64,000 nt of DNA from positions 62,001 to 126,000 of the forward strand of contig NW_027271917.1 of assembly GCF_040938485.1 (NCBI RefSeq). The letters are read 5' to 3'. This document shows positions 1 through 13,100 of the stretch, one piece after another. Within the stretch, counting starts at the first letter, position 1; each line of letters begins with the position of its first letter. The translations under genes and the position numbers were made by a program. The notes below the pieces were generated by a model that was not told the DNA's origin, searched no databases, and saw nothing but the letters and a program-made list of their open reading frames with translations. This DNA is from Diadema antillarum (Eukaryota).

Positions 1-549
1 TATACAAGTACAAACACCATAGCAGGGTGACATTTCATTCTACTTGCGCACACGAAATTGCAGTCACATACAACAGTCCAGGGTTATTTTTTTTTTTTTA
101 TTACTAAAACACACCTCTTTAGTGTGTGTGAAGCCGATCCCCATTATTAACTGCTTGAACTTATGCTGACCTAAACTTGACCCTAGATGCACCCTGTTAG
201 GAGTTGTCATCTTGCTTCGGAGGTCACTCTTACAATCCACGCCAGGACCTGATTGGAAAACGGGCCAACCGATGAAATGCATCATCTCAAAATCTTAGGA
301 GCTCTGATTCCAGTATCCTCTCCACTTTTGACTAAATCATTTGCCACTTCTTTAATCATGATGTGGCACTTGAGGCACACGTGCCTGCTCGTTGGAACGC
401 TCACCTTTCCTCTTCTTTGTATGTACAGTAATGATGTATCAGGCGTTTTGACGCACATCTACACTCATGAATGTCTAGGCCTACATTGTGAAGTTCCCCG
501 CTAATGACACCACCCAATATAGTACTTTCAGCTAAGCCAAAATTCACCC

Positions 550-555
550 TTTATT
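550..555 (-). terminator. Candidate polyadenylation signal AATAAA
   Basis: + strand tttatt at 550-555, with a GU-rich stretch (minus attgggtggtgt, ~507-518) downstream at the expected distance. ATTAAA variants also occur near 930 and 1175. Confidence 0.5.
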
Positions 556-3076
556 TGTAGTTTCTATAAGAATCAGAAGTTGTGGCTCCCGTGGACATGG
601 TCATCAAACATTATTACAGATTCATTTCATATATTAATTTCACGCATATAACAATCTAACAATGACATCTAATAAACTATGTGAAGTGTGGGCAAATTTC
701 AAGGTGCAATATACATACATTAAATAAAATGCCATAGTTAGTTTTTCCAGCATACAAATCAAAACTGGGAACATGCTTGCTGCATAGCACACAAAGAGCT
801 CATTCATTAATCATTAACTCTTAATTTTGACTTTACAAGGAATTTCACACATCAAAGTATGATCTTTCACTTGGTCGACTTACTGAAAATCTGTACAATC
901 AATTGAGAAGAATAGTTGGGTAAATATGTTTTAATACACTAATTTTCCTACAATATGAGTGAATAAATACATCTTAAAAATCTGTACAAAAAAAAAAAGA
1001 TTACTGCATTAGCAAGTCTACATGCTATCATTATTGTCAACACACTGATTAGAAGTCACTAAATTACTGGACTGTGCCTGGGTGGCAATAGTTTTTTTTT
1101 TCTTCTTAAAAATGTCTGTGTAAGATTAATCTGATTGCAGTTAAGTCATATTAATGTTTTATCTCAAATACATTTAATACAACAATTAGATCACTTGTTA
1201 TCCATTTACCATCTATGTACACACAAGAAAAAACACCAAAACATCTCATTCTGACATCATGCTATTTTGGTTACAATGTACAATACCATTACATCTAAAT
1301 CTTTGGTTTCACACATTAAGAAGCCATAATAATGGCTTTGATGGAAGGGCTGCCCCTGTTCATCTATAATAGTTGTTTGTTAAATGAAACCAACATATAG
1401 ACGGGAAAACATACGCGTACAATGGCGGGGCGACTGTACTCTCGTGTGTTATTCTTATCAAATTGAAAACCAGGAATGAAAAACACAAGGAAGGATATTG
1501 CCGCTGGAGAAAGAAGAACAGTCTGGTGCTGGAGTGGACACTATCACACAAATTTAGGAAAGGGTGCCATATTTTGTAGTCAAACACCTACAGGTCATTC
1601 TACATAAAGTACTGATCAGCCCTCTCTACAAACATTAGGTCACCCTTCAGTCACTTCTAACACTGAAAATTAAACACTCGATTCCACATCATATTTTTGC
1701 ATGAAGACTGCTCAGCATTATCTTCCTTTTTCTTCTTTTTTCCCCCTGTTCTTGAAAAATGAAGCTGATCTGCTCCTGTCTGGACAATGTATTCTCCACT
1801 GCACACGACCCACGATGATCAGCTTTTACATAAATGAAATGGGAAAAGCTATCTTGCTTTCCATAATGCCATTGGTGGAGACTGAGAGAGTCTATGGAGC
1901 TAAGCTTCTCTTTTGACTAAAAATATGCTATAACATCAGTATATCTCTGAGATTTCACACAAAGAGTCTCTGATATCATCATCCACTCAAACAAACAAGT
2001 GTTGTGGATTAGCAGACATATAGAGATCAGGTAAATGCTTTTTTTTTTTGGATAATGTCCTAGCAGTCTACTAAGATGCACTCAAAATTCATTGTCATAA
2101 AAACCACACTGTAGTAGGGGAACGGAAAAGAAATGTATCGCCCTAAATACACAAGTCGTATCAAATCACAGTTTAAGCAGATCAAGGGGAATTTACAGGC
2201 AAGTATGTCATAAGAAGGATAAGCTCTTTCTACTTCACAGACTCTTCCAACGTTTACATCCCAACAAAAGAGAGGACGCAGCCATAATGATTTTGTCAGT
2301 ACTTAACAATCATGACTTCAGCAGTGCATTAGTTTACATCTGGCTGTGGTCAATCGTTAGAACATCAACAATATGGAGCTCTCCGGATGAAAGCCAAAAT
2401 GTGATCACTCCACCAGGTTCGATTTAAAGTCTTCAGGAAATTTGTGCCACATCACATTCTTTTGTCCAAACTTTTAAATATCTCAAGCAATTCTTCAAAT
2501 CATCAATATGACTGCTGTCCAGTCTGAACCTCTTACACAAATAGAAAATCCCAGAATGACCACAGTACACTGATATCATGTCTCGGCATATAACCCTTTC
2601 TCTGCCATCATTAGACACACCTGACTCTGGGGAAATGTCCTCAGCAAATGAATTGGTATATAATTACTGGAGAACATGACACATGAATGAATCTACATAT
2701 CACAGAATCCCTCCAAACGGGGGTGAAAATGAATTGTACCCTGTTGAGTTTCATCTCTAGCTTGTGGAATGCCCTTTCAAAGAATGCAGATTTACAGCTT
2801 TAGGGGTTTTTCCTCCTTTCTCGTGTTGCTTGAACATAGGCAGCACCAGTAAGCGTTATGAAATGCTTGCAAATGAAAAAAAAATACCCTGATGGAAGCA
2901 ATAACAAAAGAAATATTAAGCTTTCATTGTTGCCTTTTTTTTTGCAATAACATGTAGTGCTCCGTCAGGAGAAACAAATATAAAACATACAAAATACATT
3001 GCAACCAAGGTTCAGGAAGAAAACGTAAACTGGAAGCTCTGCTGTCTAAGGTCATAGAGAACTTGGTTGAGCTCTG

Positions 3077-3084
3077 TATATACA
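3077..3084 (-). promoter_or_regulatory. Pumilio response element UGUAUAUA in the 3' UTR
   Basis: Exact match to UGUAHAUA about 60 nt after the stop codon. A second match (UGUACAUA) lies at 1214-1221. Confidence 0.4.
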
Positions 3085-3144
3085 AAAAAAAAAAGAGGTT
3101 GGTGTCAATGGTTGGGTAAAGTTCAAGCTGTGTCGTCTACTACA

Positions 3145-6100
3145 CTAAGTGCTCATTTGTGATGCAATAGGTGGGGTTCTTTCGTTGGCTCTCTCTACAA
3201 TCACCTCCTTGCTCTTCTGCATATCTCTGTTCAGCATATCCCTGGAGAGTGCTTCTTCGCGACTGAGGGCAATCTCATGGTTGAGAGCCTCATCTCTACT
3301 CAGCGTCATCTCCCGGTGTTGGGCTTCTCTGCTGATGCCTGCTTCCCTGCCATCGGTAGAGGGCGCCATGCTGTTCCTCATGATCACCGACCCCTGCTCC
3401 GGTAGGTGCATGCTGGACGGTGGCTGGATGACTGAGATTTCATTGGCTTTGGTAGCAGCAGCTGCAGCAGCAAACCCATTGAGGAGATGGGGCGGTGGGT
3501 ACTGGTAGTAGGCCCCTTCAGCAAAGCCTGGGTGTATACCAAAGAGGTCACTGCGAAAGATCTCCCCCTCCTTTGGGCTGATGATGAATGGGGGCTCGAC
3601 AGCAATGCGCCGGCCACGGCGCCCTCCTCCATTCCACATGTGGGTTCCAAGGTGGACCTTAAGGTTGCCCTTTGTGGTGAAGGCTCTGCTGCATATATTG
3701 CAACGAAACGGTTTCTCGCCAGTGTGTGTGCGCATGTGAATTTCGAGGGCGCTGTTTGTCTGAAACTGCTTCCCGCAAACAGAGCAAGAATGCTTGAACT
3801 GGGGACGCTTGGTGCTCTCTTCTGGGGATCCAATGGGGCCTCGCTTCAGAGGTGGGGTCTGTGTGTTGCTGGTGGTCTGCTGCAAAGGAAGCTCTTGGCT
3901 GACCACTGGTAGCTGCACAGGTGATTTTGACAGACCAGAATTAATTGGGGAATCATACCGTGGCATCGGCATGTCTCGTATCTTATGTGTCAGCATGTGC
4001 TGCTTCAAATTCCCCTTGGTAGAAAAGCCCTTGCTGCAGACATCACATCTGAATGGACGTTCCTTGGTGTGACTCCTGTAGTGGATGTTCAGAGCACTAG
4101 CACAGGCAAATACCTTTCCACAGAAGTGACAAGTTGTGTTTGGTCTCATCAATCGTCTGCCACCGAGTCCCATACTAGTTGGCTCACTCATTATGAGACC
4201 GGCAGAAGTCATAGTGGGCTTGACATCCTCAGAATACATGCCATCTCTGTAAAAATAGGCTGGCAGACTCCTCTCCTCACCATTTGGAGGTATATTCTCT
4301 TGAGGTGTGCCTCTCGGTCTCAGATCTAGAGCCCCATTGTAGTCGATACCACTATCCTCAATCTCAAGTTCCCGATCCATTTCCTCATCGACCATGCTAG
4401 AAGAGGCTGAAGCTTGCTCATTATCAGGGTGCATGGACATTTCTACATTTCTGTTTTCATCTTCAGAAAGTACAGATTTGGCATCTGCCTGCCCTGGGCT
4501 TGGAACTGTAGGCGACTGTCCATTTGTCAAAGGATTAACAGGTTGCAATCCAAGAATGCTGGGCATGAATGATTCATTGCGTACCTTTGTGGATTCCTTA
4601 TCATCATCACTTGTTTTCTCTTCCATTGGTTGAGTTGTAGAGGATGGGGAGTTTTCATTATCTACTGGCAAAGTACCAACTTCTGGTTTGTCACTATCAT
4701 GAAGGGATTCTTCAGGAACTTCACCCTCCTCAGGAGTTGGCAGATCATTTCTCTCATCTACATCCATGTGGTTATCAGCAGATTCTTGTCCATCACCAGA
4801 TTTCTCTGCCTTCTCACTATCGTCGGCTTCATGTTCAATATGTGGTTGTCGTGGGACTTCAACTCTTGGTGGGACACTCATCCCCTCAGCAGCATGAATA
4901 CGCAAGTGTTGTTGGAGCACAAGGGGATTACTGAAGCGCTTATCACATATGGAGCAGTAGTGGAGTTCACGGACAGGACCCTTGCTTCTGTGGACAGCAT
5001 AGTGTGTCTTCAAGTTTCCCTTGGTAGTGAAGGAACGTCCACAGATCTTGCATCTGAAGGGCCTCTCTCCTGTGTGTGTCCTGTAGTGAAGTTGGAGAGA
5101 GCTCTTGCAACTGAGGACACGATGACAGATCACACACTGGTTGGGATCTGTGATCTTCTGCTCAATATTTTCAACCAGTTGTTGGAGCTTGGAGGTCTCC
5201 GATGTTCTCAGGCCAGCTTCTGCTAAATTTGCGAGAGATGGCGGGGTTACAGGTTTGCCTGGCTCATAGCTTGATGCAGCATTGGAAGACTCAAAGGGCA
5301 TCATGCTCATGTGTTCATTGTGGGTGGGCATCCGTGGAAATCCTGCATACAGAAATGGAAAGCTACCAGAAATTGGGACACCACCAGCTGAAACCACTGG
5401 GAAGACATTGGATGACAGGGCAATGGAAGAAGATGCAGGTGAGTCACTCTTGCTGTCATTAGGAGACATACTATCTGCCCTGCTTGTGGCTGGGCTCTCT
5501 TGATCTTCACCCTGACTCCTCTCTAAACTGCTGAAATGCTTCACCTCCTGCTGATCTTCATCCGGAAAGCGTTTCTGACCCTCACCCATGCTGCCTTCAG
5601 AGTCTGCAGGATTGCTGCTCTTTGAGGACGGACGTGGAAAGAAATCTTCCAGCGGAAATCTGTGATGCTCATTTGGGATAGTGGGCATTGGGATCTGGTG
5701 GATTGATGGTGGTTGAAGAGGTGTATCCATGGGAGGTGGGGTTGGAGGGTGCTGTCTAGTATCCATGTGAATATGCGGGTATCTGCTCTGGTGACGCTGG
5801 AAGTGGACCTTCAGGTTGCCCTTTGTTGAAAAGCGATTACCACAGATGTTACACTTGAAGGGTCTCTCACCAGTGTGAGACCTGATGTGAATCTGGAGTG
5901 CACTGTCACTGCCAAAAACTTTGTGACAGAACCTGCACTTGTGGCGAAAGAAAGGATCATCAGCACTGAACTTGGGGTCAAAGACGGATACATTTGGAGG
6001 CTTGCCCTTTCGCTGTGCAGAAAGAAGCCCTTCATGGTATGGTAACTGAGGGGGGATTCCAAGGGGATTGTGGGGCATTTGCATGCTGGCATGCTGTTGT

Positions 6101-6418
6101 AACATCTCAAATGGGGATTTCTGACCAGAGAGGTGGAATGGAGGTGGTATTGGTGGCATAGGTCTCCCATGGGCCTGCATTGCCTCCATAGCAGACTGCT
6201 GGACTGCGGAGGCTGCCGCTGCTCCTGCTGGGGACAGTAGGTGATTTGGCTGGATCATCCCTGGCATGTGTGGCATCGGTATCAAGGGTGCCGACGGAAT
6301 GCTAGGGGTCGATGAGCTGCTGGTGGTGGGAGCATCAGCTGTAGCTTCAGTACTTGTTTCTTTTGGTGGGGGCGACTTCTCAGGGACAGATGGTAAATCA
6401 GATGAGTCCTCTTTACGT

Positions 6419-6476
<58 letters not shown>

Positions 6477-7082
6477 TTTGTTGCAGCTGAAGATGATGAT
6501 GTTGGATTTGCTGTCTCTGTTGCTGGGCAGCAAGGTTATTGATTTGCTGCTGTATACTCTGAATCATATGGAGTTGATGAAGATGTTGCTGCCGAAGTGC
6601 ATATATCTGCTCCTGGATCACCATCATATCAGGATGACCTGGAACAGCAGCTGACTCACGAGGGAACTGTGCAACAGCATACGGTGTGTTCTCCAGATTG
6701 TCAAGAGAAACGTTGGACGGTGGTAAACTGGGATTGGGGCTGTCATCTGCAGACCTCCCCGGTTGGCCATTTTGCTGCTGGACTTTCCCCTCTGACACAT
6801 AGTTTGGTTCCAGGGACCTCCGGCCCTCAGGGCTGGAACGGTCCGATGCAGTGTCCACATCCTTTTCAGACATTTTGCTGGACTCCTCCATGCGCTCCTC
6901 CTGGCCATCATTGAAAATCATGACCACCGGCTTCTTGATGCAGCTCTGCTTGTGCTTCACAAAGTCTGCAAAGACGATAAACTCTCCTCGGCAGTTGCCA
7001 CACACATGGACATCTCCGATGACCTCATCATGGTCGTCTGAGTTCATAGCATCCAGAGGATGGTGGAGACCCTCAGATGACC
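3145..7082 (-). CDS. sall: Spalt/Sal-like C2H2 zinc-finger transcription factor, main coding exon (5'-partial; first exon not in this ORF)
   Basis: ORF 3145..7116 shows SALL hallmarks. N-terminal C2HC finger [15 protein letters not shown] (~6940-7008); [14 protein letters not shown] motif; Q-rich helix [26 protein letters not shown]; [21 protein letters not shown] cluster 1 ~5791-5937; [18 protein letters not shown]; triple cluster 2 ~4894-5136; cluster 3 ~3985-4131; cluster 4 ~3640-3785. Each cluster has the SAL box F(S/T)TKGNLK. C-terminal RRGRR and NEISVIQ motifs; TAG stop at 3147-3145. The first 11 codons of the ORF-track entry are intronic polypyrimidine tract. Confidence 0.97.
6418..6474 (-). 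repeat. Coding polyglutamine tract, 19 Gln (mixed CAG/CAA)
   Basis: 19 consecutive ctg/ttg triplets on the + strand, in frame with the spalt ORF, directly C-terminal to the Q-rich helix. Confidence 0.95.
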
Positions 7083-7113
7083 CTGTGTTTGAACATAGAG
7101 AGAAAAGAAAAAT
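7083..7113 (-). other. 3' splice acceptor of the main spalt exon (phase 1)
   Basis: Minus strand reads tttttcttttctctctatgttcaaacacAG|GG TCA TCT GAG: a pyrimidine tract plus CAG that splits the Gly codon 1|2. Vertebrate SALL intron 1 is also phase 1. Confidence 0.85.
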
Positions 7114-10100
7114 CATTGGTATTGGTCGGGCTAATTTTTGCTCACAAAGAACACACTAGCAACACAGAAAATTCTCCAGTATTATACTGTCTTAGGGTGT
7201 GTCCAGAGTTTTTCCTTAACATGCAAACTTACAAACAAATGTGAATCACACGATCGTCAAAAATCTTTATCAGAGAAAGTTGCAGATCAGTATCATACAA
7301 GGTCAACAGCAGCATATCGTTAAATACTCCTGTAAAAATGCTGCAATACTGGCACATTAATATCATATTCATAAACAGGCAATTTTACCTGCTGTTGTGC
7401 ATGTCATACCTACAACAACAAATTACATTTCAAACCAACGCATACTGCGGTCCCTTTGGAGAAACAGAGAGAGACCACATTTTGTCAGCAGCAACCATGA
7501 GTACATAACACTATTAGGTGTCCATTATATCAATTGTGTCTACATTCATATCTGAGAAACTGCATGTTGAACATATAATGTGTTGCTGTCACTGGGATGC
7601 ATTTATTAGTCACATTTGTGAAACAGGATTTTACTCCTTTCATGGTACAATACAAGCATACAAGCTGCAGCTCAACTTCCATATCCGTAGCTGACTCAAG
7701 GTGCAAATGACCACTTTCAGAAAAATGTGACATGATAAATTATGGCAAACATTTACGATCAGAGGCGCCCAATCTTGAATGATCGAAAGGACAATTCATC
7801 TCAACTTTAAGCACTTGTACTCTTTCAGCAGCTGAATAAATATGACAAAAAAATCTTTAATTTATACACTTGTGCAATGCCACCTAATTCAGCATTGAAA
7901 CAGGTGGCCCTTGAACCACAAAGACAGGTACATGTATTAACTTTCTGTTTCACAGAAGCTCATTATCAGGTTTTATGAAATACAAATAAAAATATAACCA
8001 GGCCTATGACTGCAAAGATATTGCATCCCATAATAACCATTTATGAACCTCCAGAGATTGTATCAAATCCCTAAATGACCACACAAATTCAGAGTTTGTT
8101 AACTTTTTTTATAAACTTGCTGTGTATTAATGAAGACATCTGTAATGCAGTCCAAAATCAACATGTCCTTATAGTTTTAACCACGTAATTCAACAAGTAA
8201 AGGAAAAAACAACATGCAATGATACACTGACAGCCATTCACTCACAGGTATCCCTGAACACTGGCTTGTGAAAAATCATAAGCATGTGACTGGTAAACAC
8301 AAACAAGGCAGACACATGCCCCCAGTCGCCAAGAAAAACTGTCCATTTGCTTTCTGAAACAGTAGTTCAAATTCTCCCTTCATTTGCATTCCTGCAGCTT
8401 TACAGTTTTATGCCACTAACAAAATTTCCCTATTCTACTTCTATTCCTTCTCTGACAGTCAAAACATAGATAGCAATAGTTCCCCTGCCAGGGTCTAATG
8501 AGAAAGCAGTGTGTGCAACACTTTTTTCCTTCCTCTCCCTAGCAAGCTTTGCCCGAGATGTGTCCAGACACACCAGGCAGATCCCAAAACCATGATGAAG
8601 GTTTGCGGGTGATGGCAGTCGCGCACGCCGATTATGACAAGAAGTGGGGTGACAACATACCTGTGTCATCTGCAACTATCCTACAAAGGAGGCAGCAGGA
8701 GAAATGAGAGTACATTCTGACCTAACCACAGAGCTGATCAACAAAGCACACATGCACCTGTAGACCACATTCAGATGGTAACATGAAGACTACCCCCCAT
8801 CCATGGAGTAGAAATGAACCAAACTTAATGCACAGGTCTTACCTCAAATGGTTTTGTTTCCCTTCAAAAAGGCAGAGAGACAACTGTGAGATCAGTTACA
8901 CTCAGAACTTTTTGAGATGAACTGCATCACTCAACGTCTACCTTGTTAGCAGCCTGTTCCAGTGAGGCCGCAGCGCACATTGTTTAGGAGAAACGCATCA
9001 TCGTCATTTATGGGCGACACATGCACTGTACCTCCTGCCCCCGGATTATTATGATTACAATAATAATCAAACATCGGAGGGCAGGCCCTGCATTACATTA
9101 TGATATATGCTAAGCTAGCTCACGCTTTGTTGCTCCATCATCAACTCACAAAACATAAATATACATCTTTCTTTTTTTTCCTTCTCTGATCCTCATATCG
9201 CCCGTAGTAAATACAACACTGCGATGGTGCTGAACGGATGAATGGATAGCTGAGCCCTGCGTTTGCCAGCATGACACCGTTAAGCCCCGGAGGCACAAAT
9301 TAATACAAGTGCGGTCGTGATGCCATAGATATGATCACATCATTCATCAAATATTAAAGTGGTAATGTCAAATGCATCTAATCGCTTCAATTACTTTGCA
9401 GTGAAATGCTTTTCTGCGGCATCTTTTTTTTCCGTAGGTACTTTTGTAGCTCTTCCTTGCAAAGCCTACAGAAAAACAGGTTTATTCAGTTTAACCTTGC
9501 ATTAATGCTATATCTATGGCAGTCAAGTTTTTATTAGAAATGTGATTGATTTCACAGTCATCTCAGCAGACGTAGTTAAAAGGTGAATTCCATATGATTT
9601 TCATAATTTTGTATCAAGTAGTACATCGACGTTGCCACATAGAGATTTGTGAAATTCATTGTGGTCCTTGAGCAGAGAAACCAATATCTGAAAGACCCAA
9701 AACAAATTACTTACGGGACTCACAAATTCCAGTAATGTAGCAATGTAATTCCATTACAATACCACATGCTTAACAACAGATCACCTTTGTAGAATTCATG
9801 CATGATTTCTTCTTTTGTTCTGCTTCTATAAGCACCCAATCCTGCATTCCCATGGTGAAGCTGCTACGTCATCATTCTTGTTCACTGTGATTTGTTACGA
9901 ATTTTGAAATTATTCTTATTCCTTATCCCAATCACTATAAACTCTGTAACTCTGTACCCAGTATAACCAGTTTAAAGATGTTCATATGCAAAAGTCTGAA
10001 AATCATTTGGAGTTCTCCTTTTTAAAGTTCTTGGCTTCTAAAATGCAAACAAAGACCATTCCTTTAACAAGGTCAGGTAAGCGCGGTGTGTGCATACCTT

Positions 10101-13100
10101 AATGACATCGTGTTCATGAGTGGGAAATTAATGTGCTTTTCATGCCCTGTTGCAAATTTACTTGCGTCAGCTGAGAAATGGAGGCATATCCATCATAGGA
10201 GTAAAAATTCATGCTACACTGCATGGCATGTTCATTCAATATCTTGCTCGCATAGCACTTCCAACAATATCAATTTTCTATACGCCGGCAAAGAAAGGTG
10301 GATGAATATATCTTGTCCCTTAATGATGACACTTCTGACAATGGTGTCACTTCACTTCAGCTGCTCATCAAAATTGTTCTCTTTGATGGAAACTACGTTT
10401 GCATCAATTCTTTCATAAATCCTTCATCTCGCTGATATCATTAGCAAACAAGAAGCCGAGAGGAGTGATTTTAGAGCCCAATTGTCGTCAGGTCTGCAAT
10501 CCAGTTAAGACCAATGAGCATTTATAAAGATGCCTCAGTGAGCAAAAATGCTGCTATTTTAGTATCAAAAATTCTCACCAAGGTAATTTATCTTGTTTTC
10601 ACTGAATGTCAGAGCATGTTACATTGAGAATCAAATCAAAGGGGAAAGATAACCCATAAATTCTACACCTGCCTTAGCCTTTTGTATCACTTAAATATGC
10701 TTGCTGCCCTTAACCCCCACCCCCACAAAAAAAAATGAACAAATCAAAATACCCTTATACCGCATACCCTGTGGTAATTATTTCATATTCTATTCTATAC
10801 CTAGGCCTATTCATTCTTAAATCAGCATTTCTCTTTTTTTTTTTGCAGACAAAAATAGAGATAACACAAAAACAATAAGTAACAAGGCAATACATAAAGT
10901 AACTATAAGGACTATCCCTTGTGTTACCCCCCCCCCCCCCCCACACACACACACAAAGAAAGAAATACATTAAATCACTATAATACAAGAAAGCAAGGTA
11001 ACACAAGGAAAGCTGCATAAAACTACAAGGGCAGACACAAAATGTTATACATTTTGGAGAAATACAGATTATTCTGCAGAACATTCTTTTATCAACAATG
11101 TTTGTGCATCTTTTTTTTTCTCTCTCTCTCTTTTGAGAAAACTAGTACAATAGCAAATGCTAGTGAAACTCTATAGAGAGAGTCATATGAGATAATAATG
11201 TATTGTCGATAGAAAAGCTTGGAATTATGTAATACATTCAGAGTAATTCACTCTACATGGCTAGAAGAACTATGGACAGGGAAAATGGGAGTCTTTTGAG
11301 GAGAGCTATATATTGGTAAATATAACAGGGAAAGATATGTGGCAGCAAAGAAATAAAAAAGAAGGATATAATTGACATGAGATGGGGGGGGGGGGGCGGT
11401 GAAGAACGAGGAGAAGAAGCAGAAAAAAAAAGATCATGGGCCTATTGATTTGTAGCTTAGCTCTGTTCCAGTGAAACCTAATCAATAGGAATTCTTGGAT
11501 GATAAAAGACTTTCCACAATAGCAATCTACCCACTCCTACCAATCAATAACTATGCAAATTTATATTTCTTACTCTCGGATTCTTGGTTCGGGAGGGGCC
11601 CCCGCTCTTAACAGAGGGGGAGGGGAGTAGGTAACTGTGTCTGAATCTCTATGGACAAAGGCAAAGTGGACAGCGTCTTCTTGAGAAGCTGGCTGGGCCC
11701 CTCACTGTATAAAACAGATTGCTAGAGGGCAGTCTTTATGGCCTTAGCAATATCATCATGGGAATCGCACACATCCTGCATGTTTAACTGCAGCAGAGCC
11801 TCGAGGTTCAAGAAATATGTAACAGAAGCACCCATGGGCACCCTTTCTGCCAGGAAGATGATAATCGTTTCTAACAGATCTCCGAAAAGGTGGAAGGCAC
11901 GGAGAAAGTCAGCTCAACTTTGATATAAAATATTGATGCAAGTGTCATCACTTCGTCTCTTTCTCTTCTTTCCTGAGAGACGACAGTCAGAATGGGAACA
12001 AGGAAAGGTGGTTTCACTGCAGGAACCCTTGACTTATTATCCTGATGAAACAGAGCAGAATCTATTGGACTGTGAACGCACATCAAACCTAGTTCAACTT
12101 AAAAAATACATAGGAATCAATGCACACATCTTCCAGACTAGTACCAACTGCTCTCATTCTTCATAGAACACCAAGCTTTAGCAAGATCAAGGAAGAGCAT
12201 TGTTAATTACATTGCCAACGACCAAGGTCATGTCATTTCTCAACAGCAGACCCTTTCCGGCATCAGTCAGGCTTTATGCAGCATGACATTGAACACCACT
12301 CTCATTCACGACGATCTTGATCAATTCTTCTTCCCCATCAATTTTGGTCCCATTCTCATCATTTCTTCTTGTTTTCACCTTTCCACTTTTTCTTTTTCCG
12401 GGAGGAGGCCCACCTGGGCATACCTTATATTTCAAGTGTTGCCAATGACAGAGGAGCTTGCCAAGCTTGAAGGAATGCTTTGGACAGGTAATCTCTGCAG
12501 TTAATCCTGCTCGGATGCTAATTAGGCATCTGTCATCTATCTGGTCTGCATCCGCTTCTACATCTCGCCTGACCAACTTTGACCACCACCACTCCCCCCT
12601 CCTCCTCCTTCTCCTCCATCATTCTCCACTACAACCTGCCCTCATATTTGTCTCATCACTTTATCAATTCTACCAGAAGTATCAAAACAATGTATTAACA
12701 GAACAACAACTAAAACAATGTGCTGGACTCCGGTAAATACATCCCAAGTATTGCCAAACTTGAAAACAACAACTGCTCTTCTCCCATTTCACACTAGTGA
12801 AAACCGAGAAAACCGCATGTGTTGTGCTCATGGAGCCCAAAATTGTACCAAGACATCAACTTGTTTGTCACTGCATTCAAAATAACAGGCATGCCGAAAT
12901 AGAGAAATTTGTGGTGGTAATCTGAAGATAAGCCCCATTTTTATGAATACACTACTTCTCTTCGGGTCTTTGTCAGAGAACATAGCAAAGGCAGGGGCCA
13001 CGCAGGGGGATGAAATTGTATGAAAACTCATGAAAAAGGAAGAAATGCCAAGACTTGATTATGTTGATGTCAGTTCAAAAAGAAAGTTTTTTTCCCCCAT

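Larger units (their letters stand above)
530..3144 (-). other. Probable spalt 3' UTR (~2.6 kb)
   Basis: AU-rich sequence between the stop codon and the first canonical AATAAA I found (550-555). The end point is inferred and not confirmed by transcripts. Confidence 0.55.

Noticed and set aside
5580-5590. Internal donor-like G|GTGAG in the CDS as a SALL4B-type alternative splice
   Set aside because: No matching downstream acceptor or exon was identified, and the motif is explained by the Met-Gly-Glu codons.
7083-7116. ORF-track start [11 protein letters not shown] as the true SALL N-terminus
   Set aside because: It is the translated polypyrimidine tract and AG of the splice acceptor, with no SALL similarity.
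3149-7159. Many short ORFs overlapping spalt on either strand, including poly-Cys, poly-Leu and poly-Ala frames at 6266-6654
   Set aside because: Shadow frames of a GC-richer CDS and of the CAG/CAA repeat; no independent coding signal.
11640-11925. Minus-strand frame ADFLRAFHLFGDLLETIIIFLAERVP...IAKAIKTAL* that looks protein-like
   Set aside because: About 63 codons bounded by stops, with no recognisable family and no clear splice sites. This length is expected by chance; a blastx hit would revive it.
12274-12576. ORF with Cys/His residues and an AAG|GTATG donor near 12424
   Set aside because: The spacing does not fit a zinc finger, the donor is phase 0 and incompatible with the 7082 acceptor, and no homology was recognised.
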